Part shown: positions 48,640 to 60,400 of the stretch, piece after piece
Numbering within the stretch: position 1 is the first letter of the stretch
How the letters are laid out: the number at the start of each line of letters is the position of its first letter
From: Octopus sinensis
Taxonomy: Eukaryota
Length of the DNA: 64,000 nucleotides
NCBI RefSeq assembly: GCF_006345805.1
Contig: NW_021835999.1
Coordinates: forward strand, 124,001-188,000
Direction: 5' to 3'
The notes under the pieces: generated by a model
Told to the model about the DNA's origin: nothing
The model's input: only the letters and a program-made list of their open reading frames with translations
Database searches by the model: none
Program-made: the position numbers and the translations under genes

Positions 48640-49330
48640 GGTTTTAGAGGTATGAGTCAATTTAGAGAATTGTTAGTAATAAAGTTTTAGATTATGGTAT
48701 TAGTAAGACTTTTTTGATGTAATCGAAAGTTGATTGACTGTTCAATACACTCATATGATTCATTATTCCAATCTCGTAATTTGTGGCCCAAGGGTGTCTT
48801 TTTTTACATTCTTGTAGACTAGCCAATCTGACAACCCCATCTCCATCGGTATACTTTATAGAAGGAGAATTGGGATAGGTATTCCAGGATGAATACCTAA
48901 AAAATCACTGAGCTATATACACAAGTCGATTGACTGTTGGTATTCCTTTGCTGTAAATGCAGTGAATTTCTACGTCTCGGGGCACTTTTGTATTTGAAGT
49001 AACATTTTTATATATATTTAGCATATCGAGCATTGCAGATTTGTCCACATCTTTTAGGTTCTGGGCATTCAGCAAGTCAATAATACTTTTATAAGGATTT
49101 CATAATCGTCTAATGAGTAGGTCTTGTCCCCTACTTGGACAACACTGTCTGAATCAGGAAAAAGTTCATATGTGCTTGGGAATGTTCGGAGAGCATCTCG
49201 AAGTGCATAATCACATGGAAAATGAAAGTCCCAAGAAACTCCTATCAATCGTTAACTCAACAAGTGATACCGATTAAAATTCCCCGGATACTTTCAGTGG
49301 AGCCGTTGTATGGACCAGAAATGCTGATAA
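48640..49330 (-). pseudogene. Decayed R4/Dong-like non-LTR fragment
   Basis: EIGI and KY.GI-like motifs among stop codons. Confidence 0.35.
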
Positions 49331-50199
49331 ATCTCCGAATATACTTTTCTCGCCACTCGCGAGTTTGCATCGTCAAAAATCGTGCAGTAATTATGCATCC
49401 ATAGCTGTGAGCCAAAAGGGTAACAGATACGTTATTAGATCTCTGATATGCGGTTTCTATCTGATTTTTAAACTGAATAAACGTATTTTCGAGATTATCT
49501 GCTGGTTAAAATTACCAGTTACTTATTCCGACTCGAAAGTCGTAAGGAATCCCCATAAGATTTAATTTTCTTTTGTAAGACAAACTGGACTTGGTGGAAG
49601 TTAAAAAGGAAATGAGCTGAGCAAAATTTCCAGTTGTATTCGTTACTGTGAAAGTTAAAACGAAAATAGCATACGCACGTGGGCACCGCCGAGATACTCG
49701 ACTGAACTAGGGTCTCCAAATTCACCGGTTTTTACATCCACGCCGGTTTGGTTCATTGGTGTTTTTTTGGAATCTGACCACCGGAGTCTTTTGTTTAGAA
49801 AAATTGAACTCACCTGGAAATGTAGAAATAGCATTGTTTTATAACTGGCATGAAAATTCGTAATGGTGCCCAAAGTAGAAAATAATGACCACTTTTTTGA
49901 AAGCAGAGATTGTAATGACTCGATTTATTAAATTTTGCGTACAACTTGGAGCCTCCATCTCCAGGTACTTGAAATTTTTAGGACAATATGGTCAAACTGA
50001 GAAACACAGGCGATAATTCAGCTATTTCTTTACTCAAAATGAATAATAAAAGAATTGTGACTGATGAAATTTGACCCATTAATAATTAGACCATTATTTT
50101 TATTGTATTTTGAGTGGTTATAGTCATTCTATTTTTCAATTGAAATAATTAAATACTACTTTTGTTTCGGTGAGGATTTTTGTATCAACCCTGATTTCA

Positions 50200-51960
50200 A
50201 CTTTTCCCGTCGACTATGTTGACTGAACAGAATGTCTATATATCCCATCACACCCACATGCCTTCCAGTCAGGAAGATACTTAATAACATTTCCAAAAAA
50301 ACTCTTCCGTAAACTCTGGAAACATAAGTTCAGCACAAGTAGTTCGTTTTCCAACAACGTCATAAGATTGAGGCCTCTCATTTCTCTCGCTCCAGACTTT
50401 TTGCCAAAAAGAGACACATTCTTCATCATCAAATCCATACAGCGTCAGTTCCTCTTTCATTGTTAAGTCTCGATAGAATCTTTTTCGATTTAATTCGAAG
50501 CACTGATTATCCTTACGAAATTGTTTCCTTAAATTATGAACTTGTATTTTCTTCTTGTTAATCCTAATCAGGTCTTGCAATAATATCTGAATCCTCGACA
50601 GCTCATCTTTCTTAGTTTTCTTATACCCATAGCGGCAAAAAACATCCATTACCTTTTGCTTTTTAGATGGAGGTAGAGTTTGATTTTTTTTGAGCAAATT
50701 TTAAAATATTGACAAATAGTTATTAACTAACTAAATTCCCGGCCTCGTAAATGGAAACACAGTTTCCACGTACTATAGCCAAGGAAATCCTTTCGAGAAG
50801 CCACTTGGACTCGCGTGGGTCTCCCCGTTTATGGGAGATCATGCGGCCAAGCTTTTTCAGAAAGGAAAGAGACTTTTCGCCGATGACGCCGGAAGTCTCG
50901 ACGGCGATGGGAGTGAACAGATACCGTTCAGAGAGCTCCTTGTACTTTCCAATCTTCATCTTCTCGGTTTTGCGAGAGACTGAGCCAGCCTCGACAGCTG
51001 AAGAAGGAAGGTTAAGCTCCGAGAAAGTGTCTGAACACGTCGCATCCCATAACAGAGACTTGCCGAACTCCAACGGGAAAGTCGATAGACCGTCGGCAGA
51101 TAATTTTGAAATTTATTGGAATGAGAATTCGGTAGAGTTTGATTGGAATGAGAATTAACGATTTCCAATTCTGCAGATAATTTTGAAATTTTCTTTTCAA
51201 TATTTTCTACCCATGTGCTCTGTGCTTTGTCTCTCATGGTTAGCGATAAATATGCACATTGAGCAGCATATAGAATATCAGAAATGCTATTGATATCATT
51301 AGGATGATTATCTTTCGTAATATAATATATCGCCGAATTCAATCATGTCAATATATCATTTTTCAAATATTTATCTTGAATCTTTGGAGTTGGTTTGCGT
51401 GAATCCCTTGGAATCGATTCAATATTCTTAATTTGTATATTCAACTCTTCTAGACACTTTCTAAAAGTGGAAATTTCTGAGCTCTCAACAAATTGCTTCT
51501 GATGGCAATTGCTTCCATAATGATTATCCACTCTCATTGGTTTAACCATTCCTTTGAGTTGACTGAGACTTGCACTCTTCGAGAATTTTGAATTAAACTT
51601 CTCACGGATAAGGTTCCATCCACCTCTTGGTATCCTCCCAATTCTTTGCTTCGTGGCAAAAACAATCTGAGACACCCACTCAGCTTCAGAAACACAAATA
51701 GCATCATCGATAATGGCCGAAAGGGAATGCAAGTTAGTTGGGATAGTAGGATTCCCAGCAAATGGATTGTCATGAATACTAGTCCTTGTGCTGTTATCCA
51801 GCCCCAGAGACAACACTCCTGCACTTGTGTTATTTTTATCCTTTTTCTTGATAAGAACGAACTTACACAACATCACAACAACTATCACGTTAAATTTTAC
51901 TGGAATATATACATTTAACAGAAACGAAAGCCTTGGGAGCAGAAATGGCTGTTTCAAAGA
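50200..51960 (-). pseudogene. R4/Dong-like retrotransposon N-terminal part, interrupted by a CRE fragment
   Basis: ORF pieces with ILYAAQCAY, FELNRKRFYRDL, FWQKVW and WKACGCDGIY, typical of the region upstream of the RT in this clade. Confidence 0.65.
50686..51130 (-). mobile_element. 5'-truncated CRE copy with poly(A) and a 14-bp TSD
   Basis: RLE ORF 50723-51073 (LLWDATCSD, IAVETSG, ISLAIVRGN). TSD GGTAGAGTTTGATT at 50672-50685 and 51131-51144. Confidence 0.88.
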
Positions 51961-52471
51961 ATCTCCATTGCGATTTTTGGGGCAACGTCTTATCGATCAT
52001 TAGCAGTTTTAGACGTAAAACTACCTTACTCTAATCGTTTTTGTTTAAAAATTAACTGTTTTAAAAAAATTTAACAGAAATACAAGTGTCAAATAACTTA
52101 AAAAGTGTGGGATATCAAATTATAAACATTTTTTAAATGTAGGTACCCTATATTCGAGCGGTGTTTTTAACGTGATAACGGAATTATTTATAGGTAATTG
52201 CTACTTATACAGGTATGGTCAAAGTCAATGAAATTGTTTTAAAAAGAAATTTTCCATACAAGAAAAAATACAACTTTATTAAAAAATTTAAAATTTTAGT
52301 ATAATTAGTGAAAACTTTCATGTTTTAATCATAATCTAAAAATTTATAAAATATCAAAAAAGCAATAAGTTATTTCTTATTTCTATGATATTTGATATCT
52401 AAAATTGACTTCTTTGTACCAGAAAGTATATTAAAAACACTTATAAAGAATTTTATCTTTCGATAGTTTGA

Positions 52472-53504
52472 ATGCTTGTTTTACTGTTATTGTTGTCGAC
52501 TGTAATAAGCAAAGGTAATGTTTTAATGATTTTTAATTTGTTTTTAGAATTAATTTTCTTGGCAAATGAGACACTTGTTGACGACCCAAAATGTCTAAAT
52601 TTGACTGGTAAGAATTTTTTAAAGATTTCTAGAATTAAATCAGGCATTTATGGTTGATCGATATAAGGCATATAGATTGAATTGCGAAGATATAGAATAT
52701 GACATTTGGTACCAGGGTTTGAGATTTGGAAAATATAGTATAGCCTTGCCACAAGGAATTTTTACTAAGACAATTAATTTGAATACTGTTGAATTTCATA
52801 GAAATAAATCTGGACAAAACTTGACCGAAACTATAGAAGTATTAATTTTTTGTACTCCATAGCAAAAAGATGAGAGATGGCGATAGTTATAATCTTATTC
52901 ATGTAAATACAAGTTATAACTTAAGTCATAATCACTACTTCTTCAGGTATTGGATGAAATCTGAAAAGCAACAGATATTTTTTGGTAATTTGTTAACAAT
53001 TGAAAATAGATTTCGACAATATTTTCATAAGTATTAAAACTATTTACCATTACAACAATTTCTTCCATTTCTTTATAAAAACAAAATCAGATAATTTCAC
53101 CTCTGGGCATATTTGCATGGATGAATATAATCTTTGTACAAATTTTGAAAACAGTTGCAAAGTAAATTCATTTTTAGAATTTGCTTCGATACAGCAATGG
53201 AATTCAAACGTAAACACTACAAATTTAACTCTGACATTTGATTTATCATATGGGCATAAAGAAATATATAAAATTGAAAGCAATGTGGAAAGAAACGGAG
53301 AATATTGGTTTGAAAGTGACGAAATTGACTTGCATCGTTTATTTATTTATTAAAATTATAGAAATCTACCTATATGGAAGAATGGCTACTTTTTTTATGG
53401 TCTTAATCTACATTCTAATAAGGAGTAATCGAATATACTTTAATATAATTAGTTTGCGTGTACTGGATGAGACGGAAAAAATTGCATTTCAATCGGTCAA
53501 TTAG
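52472..53504 (+). CDS. Putative secreted orphan glycoprotein, multi-exon; 3' exon structure unresolved
   Basis: Signal-peptide-like MLVLLLLLSTVISKE. Introns 52515-52547 (33 nt) and 52608-52632 (25 nt) splice in frame into ORF 52650-52862. Several N-x-S/T sites. Confidence 0.55.
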
Positions 53505-54036
53505 AACAGCCTGTTCTAGAAGTTTAATTAATTTTTAATTATTTAAATATAATCTTACGGGTTTCTAGTTTGCAACTTTCATAAAAATACGATTATTTTG
53601 TTTATTTTGAATTGTTCGACAGCTGTTTTTATTGTAGTTAATTAATTTGTGACATGGGCGGCTGGATACGTATGGGAAACCGGTTACATTTTTGACCTTG
53701 TAGATGTCAATTTTTAATCATCGAATAACTTGAAAGAATAATGCATTTTAACAAAAAATATTAAAATTAATCATTTTTTTAGTCTTGCCATTGGTACCGT
53801 CCAAATCTCTCCTTTATCATATTTTATCTATTAAATAAAAATGATTGATTTGCCTCGACTCGATTATTTGATAAAATGTTAATTATTTCAGCGCCCGGAT
53901 AGAAAGGAGACTCGAATTTATCCATCCCCTGTGTACGGGGATTTTTTGGTCTTCCATGTATCTGAACTAGATTGAACTCTTCGCATAGATCTCTCAGAGA
54001 CACATTCTTGAATTCTAAACCATTATCTAATTGCAA

Positions 54037-54360
54037 GAATCTAATTGCCTCCGCTGCGGAACCGGGCTCAGTTGCAAAGCAGGCGGAACTAACAAAACAG
54101 AAGAAGTACCGGGTCCTGGCCATGAATCACCTATTCGCTGCAGTCGCGGTGGAAACCTCTGGAGTCATCGGTCCGCAGACGCTATCGTTTCTCCGTCGCC
54201 TTGGATCTAAGCTCGTGGTTGCCACGAAAGATCCCAACGAGTCGATCAGACTCTTTCAAAGGATCTCATTGGCCATCATGCGCGGGAATTGCCAGTCGAT
54301 TCGCTGCGCATTTTAACTCTTTTCGTTTATTAACAATAAGTTTGTCATTTAAAAAAAAAA
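54037..54360 (+). mobile_element. 5'-truncated CRE copy with poly(A)
   Basis: AVAVETSGVIG...FQRISLAIMRGN, an A run at ~54350-54362, and an AATTGCAA repeat at both ends. Confidence 0.8.
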
Positions 54361-54388
54361 AATTGCAAAATTTTTCAAGGTCCATATA

Positions 54389-55225
54389 CAGTGGTCGTCA
54401 AAAAAAATTGCTCACCAATGTTTATGTCTATATAGCATTATTCTGATTTATTTTTTTTTGTAAACATCCTTAAGTAGTATTTTATTATTATACCTTAATT
54501 TTTATAATAAAATTTTTCTTTTTTATTTACAAACTTAAACAAAAACAAAAAATTGCAAGACAAAAAACATTAGCACAAATTTGGAAATCTCATTATCAGT
54601 AATTATTATGTCCTCCCCTTGCTAAATATAAAGAATAACTCCTTTTTCTCATTGAATTTTGCTACACGACAATATACCCCATTTTTATTCAAAGTTCTCA
54701 GAATTGTCCTTGGGGAAACATCAATATTGAAAGTTTCTTTAGTTTTGTTGGACAAATCCACTGCCAACAATGTAGGATGTGATTCGGTTTCATTACATAA
54801 AAATTGTATTTGGGGGGAACTTAGTTTCGGAAGACGTCCTGAGCCCGGTCTCCGATGCAGTGTTCCAAATTCTCGAAATTTTCGAATATTAAATGAAATT
54901 GTGGAATACGGCAAATTAAGTATTTTTGAGATTTCTCTGATTGATTTACCCTCTTTAAAGTACGCAATAATCATCCCTTTTTTAAATTCAGTTAACTGTT
55001 TCTTGGGAGAACGTGGCATATGCAATAACAAGAAAAGTGAGCAATGTTTTTTGTCACGAGATTTAAATTTTTATGCTTTAAATTCCTTATATTGAAATAA
55101 AATCGCATTAATAAATTAATATACTTAAGAATTAGAATAAAAAATGAAGCGTAAGATCAAATTTTTATTAATTTGTCAATAAAAGCATGAAAAAATGGCT
55201 GAGCAATTTTTTTTGACGAGCACTG
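54389..55225 (-). mobile_element. Tc1-like element, internally deleted (HTH domains only)
   Basis: 26-bp TIR CAGTG(G/C)TCGTCAAAAAAAATTGCTCA with TA TSD. ORF 54606-55031 has paired-like HTH, RRPGSGR and VSPRTI; no DDE. Confidence 0.93.
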
Positions 55226-56869
55226 TAGGTAGAAAAGTGATCTTAAGTTGTTGCATACTTCTTTTGAAGATTTATGAAAAAGTGTTCTGACAAATGCAAA
55301 TCTGAATAAATTGTTGAGAGACCTACTACCAACCTACTATAAACACCTACTACCAACCTACAATTATTATTTACGACTGAAAACTTTTTTAGATCTACAA
55401 GATCTAGCTGAAACCTTTCATTCGGAGAAGAAGCAAGGATATGATGATTCATATCACCAACCTACATTAAAAATTAAAAAGAATTAAAACTTTCAATGGA
55501 CAGGCAAATTTACTAGCTACATGCTCCATTTCAGTTTCATTGTCCAAAGTAATACAATCTGTGCATTAATCGTAAATCTAGAGTACCTTTCATTGATTAT
55601 TGCAAAATTCTCGATCTTTTTTATAAGTTTATATTTTGCTTGCCTAAAAAAATCTTCCTGGAATTTATTTTCCAAAGCATCTTTTAAACAACAGAAAACG
55701 AAGGTCTATTGTGTGAATAGATTTGGATTTCCAAGTGCCATTAAGTGGAAATTTCAAATATTAAGTGATCTACTTATTGAAAATTATCTATTTCGGATAA
55801 TAAGTTTAATTTAATAGATTTCGGAAAATAACTCTCTATTGCATATCAATTGAGACATAAGCAATCAGACAGAGGTTGGAATATAAAATTCATTGCTTTG
55901 ATGGCGACACTTTGAATGCTTATTTAAAAATTGATTTCGATTTCGCAAATTTAACATGCAACCCCGAACAAGGCGAGGGCAGTGGACAGACTGTATAGAT
56001 CTCGTTGCCCTAACCAATGTGGCGATGGAGGATTATTTCATATTCAAAGGAGAATGCTTTCGTGGTTGACCAAGGAAATCCCATTCCACAATGACTATTC
56101 TATTTATTATCCTAATAATGAGATTATGAAGATTTATGTGATATATCAGGTTTCTTATGTCTTTTCATTTCTATGTGTGAAATAGTTAGGACGCATTAAA
56201 AAAGATTTGGTTTGCGGTTCAATGACTCGTGAAATATCCAGTACAGACAAAATAAATAACTATAATCTACTCAAATATGGATATTCTCTTTTTTCTTATT
56301 CCTTAATTATATATTCGAATGTAAAAACCAATCCTGTTGGCCTCCCGAATAAATGGATGGAGTTAATACCAAGCACGAACTAGGATCTTTGGCTCCAATC
56401 GCATTGATATTTAGCAATATTTATGAAAAAACTTGGAGAAATTCTTTCAAATTATGACGAGAATCTCTATCGAAGACATCATGCAATGTTTTCGTTGAGA
56501 AATATAAATTCTAACGGGGCAGTATAAATTTTCAATTGACGTTATGTTTTGTTAGTATACAAAAAGGTTTAAAATGTGGTTCTTTTGTTTTCCATATTAT
56601 TAACCCCCAAGCTTGTTTTCCATAAAATTGTTTATGTTTGCAAATCTGAGTTAAAAGCTCCTATAGTTTACCAAACAATTATCCTTCTCTTTGAGCCCAA
56701 GACAATGTCTTCGACGAGCACACTTATCCATTTTACAGGGCAGGCCAGTTATGTCGTTGTTCTCGAGTCCGATCCAACGGTCTCACTCGGGGAAGCTTCC
56801 TCCGTCGATGCATTTGAAAACCGGGTCATTCGACGATCTTCGGGTGGGTAAATCCAAAACTTATATTCT

Positions 56870-57290
56870 GTACGAATGCTTTCCAATGTTTTCCAGATGA
56901 CCACAGACTGGATGTAAGCAAGTGTGGGTCCTTTGAGACCAATTGAGTTGTAGTAGTGTTTGTAGAATTTATTCACAACACCGTCCCACGTTAGTACCTT
57001 TCGTTGTGGATTACTCCCAGTTCACTGGCAAGCAAATCGTACTTATGAAGCTTTTGAACCTCAATTTTCTTTTAGTTTTTTTGGGCGGTGATCCCAATCT
57101 CAATAAGCGTGATTGTGTTCCTCATTTTGTCGAGAACAAGATGTCCGGCTTGTTATTTTCGACCCTCAGATCCGTACTTATTGTTTTGTTAATACAAATC
57201 TCATCATTTATAGATTTTATGATAATTTATTCAGTCCTTTATCATAGATGCAACTCAAAATAGTACCAAACACTGAAAATACTGAATTAA
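56870..57290 (-). pseudogene. R4/Dong-like retrotransposon 3' (RLE) fragment
   Basis: NKPDILVLDK..ITLIEIGIT, KYDLLASELG, TWDGVV, AYIQSVV. Confidence 0.75.
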
Positions 57291-57469
57291 ATTTATCATT
57301 TATGACGTGTAGTTTTCATTTGTTGTAATCATAGTTTTATTCATCCAGTCCTTAAATTAAAAGTTAATTTTCTAATGTCTTTGAATAACTATGTAATAAA
57401 AAGACTCGAATGAAAAGGAAATTTAATATTATCGAGAAGTATAGCAATAAGCAAGTTCCATGCGGATCA

Positions 57470-60400
57470 TCAAGAAGTGTCCTTGTCATTCACAGATTCG
57501 TCCTGCCAACTCAAATCACATCACTACCGGCAAAGAATTATTCGATACGCCAATCAATCGCAATCTCTTGGCACTCGAGGAAGCCATTATTTGTGGACTT
57601 ATTTTGACAATCAAAGGACCCCTGGAAGTCATAGGTTCCTTCACTTGTGGCACTACAAAAATAAACCACAAAACAACCTTCAGAACAATCGGCCTTAAGT
57701 TTCTCAATCGCTTCTGCAAACTTTCTCTTTTGTGCGTCGGAAGAGAATTTCATTTTGGAAACGTTGATGGAATTGAAACTGCCATTCAATTTGACACAAT
57801 TAATGAGCTCGTCCTCAATCAGCTTCTCAGTCTCCGGGTGGGATATTCGGAGGACCTCGTAGGGAACTCCCGGATGCTTGTCACTGGCGTGGTTGTTGGT
57901 GGTGTATGCGTCACGGAATCGAGTCAAACACACCGAGCACTTAAACCGAAGTGAGTAGTCAAAGTGCACTGCCAAATGCATCTTAAGACTGTGCCACTTG
58001 CTGGCAGAGTACGAACATCGAGAACAAGTGTACTGCACTTTCGAGTTTGGACTTTTCTCAGTCGAAGTGTTCGAGGTAATAAGCTTGATTTGTTTAGTGG
58101 ACTGTCCAACATCAGACTCCCCCGCTCTCTGCACTTTCAATGGCCCCAATCCACCAATCAGACTCGAAAAACTGTCGGCCGGCTTATTCACTTTTATTGA
58201 CTTGAGTATCTTTTTGAGGGCACAACTCAATTCCCCGTCCTTCCGTTCGTCACTGACTGTCAAAATGGCCAACTCCGAACTCCCATGCTGTCCTCGAATG
58301 TGACTTTCTGTCTGACTTGCCCGAGGGAATCCAAGATTGCACACACCACACACGTGCATGTTATAGCCAATGTGATCCATCACGTGCCCGACCATGTCCT
58401 CCCAACATTCCGTGCTAAACATACACCACAAACAAGTGTATATCCCACGCAACGAAGTGTGTTCCTCATTCAAATGCACTCCAACCTGTTCACAGGAAGG
58501 GAACATCCTGTCACAAAGTGGACATTTCCTGGTAATTGGGCCACTCTTTATGGATTCCTGCTCACTCTCAGGGACGAAAGGTGGTTCTGGGGAGTCGATT
58601 GAGACACATTTGTATCCTCCTCTGTGCTTGATGACCTTATAGTCCACTTGGGCTGCACATCTGGAGACCATCTCCAAGGCACGCTGGGCATCTTCATCTG
58701 ACAGTTCCTGGCTGACATAATCATTGGCCAGCTCCTTCGAAACTCCATGAAGTGCCTGGAGATGTCTCACAGTGTTGCTTTTCCCAGAAAAAAAAGAACT
58801 GCACTTGACACAACGGAATGGTTTGATGTTCAAATGTCTGAAGACGTGATGTTTCATTCGATAGACTGCCTGACAGTCGTGGATGCTCACTGCATATCCA
58901 TTGCACTCAATGCAGCTCAGCATGACTGTCTGATTAGTGGAAGGATTGTTGAGTCCCAATAGAAAGTCGTAGTATGACTCATTAAAGACCGACCAGTGCT
59001 TCGTTTGGGCAGTCGACTGGGGATGACAGTCCACCAAATGCTTCGAAATGTTTGAGGCGCGAATCCCTCGGTTGGGACAGAGAGGACATTTGAAGGGATA
59101 TATGTAGATATGCAACGACAGGATATGCCGAGTCACATCCGCCGTCAATGTCGTCTTGTACTGACAGTTCGTGCAGTAATACACATACCGACCACCTCCA
59201 TCCTCGGGGGCTCTTCGATACCACAAATTCGTAAAGAGAGGGTTCTCGATGGATAGAGGAGTACACCGACTGAATGTCTTCCGCTCTTCCTCAGTCAAGG
59301 CCTGAATCCTGGCCAAGGCTGCTCGGTGGAGTGCAATTCCCTCAGGCTTGACTCCACATTCCTGGTAGAAGGACAAATCAATGGAGGACTCATCCCCACC
59401 CAGCACAGAGCAATTGGTGAGGTACTGACAGTCTCGGCGAATCTGCACTGCCACGACCACATCCTGTCCCGATTCTGAAAACATGGATGTGGTGTCGAGG
59501 AGAGAATATTGGTCCAATTTGGCAATCCCTTCGTGACTTTGGTTGTAGTGGACCACCAGTCTGTACTCATCCGGACTCACAAAGTCACAACTCTGACACC
59601 GAACTCGCACATTCGACCGATGAACTCGTGAAATGTGTCGGAGAACTCCATCTCGGGATCTGCTGAGTGGTTCTTCTCCACAATACCCACAACACCACTT
59701 GACTGGCTTACTCAGGACTGGTGCCGGGCCTGTGCTGTTCACTCCAACAACAACAGTCGACCCCTCTCCAGGAAGCTCCAGAAATATAAGCGAATTGAGG
59801 TTGATTTCGTTGAGTTGTTCTCGATGGAATGACAGGTTGTGTTGGAATATGTCGGCCTGCTCTGATTTGGTTGTCATGCAGTAAATGCACTTAAAGTTCC
59901 ACAGGTCGCGGTGACTGCCCACCAAATGGCCTCGAATTAGGTCCAACGAATTCTCCACATGCTCACAATACCGACATTTGTACTCGCATATTCTCACCCC
60001 TACACTCACATATGCTAGTTCACCTGCACTGATTAGTGGAGGGCGGGACAGAACTGACTGATTGAATGACAAGGACACGGTTTTGTCGCCCGATTTGTGC
60101 ACTTTCACACTAAAGTGGGGGGTCGACATTTCCAACAGGTTTCCGTGGAGTTCGGAAATGTGTTTTTTGACTGACCAAATGTCGAAATCCTTAAAGAACC
60201 CGCAATGTCCACAGAAGAATGGCCTCGAATTGAGTTCTCCCACTCGACAACGCACTTGCAGGCCATTCTCCACTCGCCGATACTCAAACAACTCCGGGAT
60301 CTGACACTCATCATGTTGTTGGCAGTGCAGTTCATAGTCCGAAAGGGAATTGGACTTGAACACACACTCCAGACAGTCCATTCTGGTTAGATTAGAGTGC

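Larger units (their letters stand above)
53850..55750 (-). pseudogene. Ginger-like rve integrase gene broken by Tc1 and CRE insertions
   Basis: ERFQLDLVDL (55243-55452) and KILQ/LQLDNGLEF...HGRPKNPRTQG (53920-54385) flank the two insertions. Confidence 0.75.

Noticed and set aside
55950-56300. Possible decayed Penelope-like RT or a micro-intron gene
   Set aside because: Only weak motif resemblance (DYFIFKGECF, GNPI) and no consistent frame.
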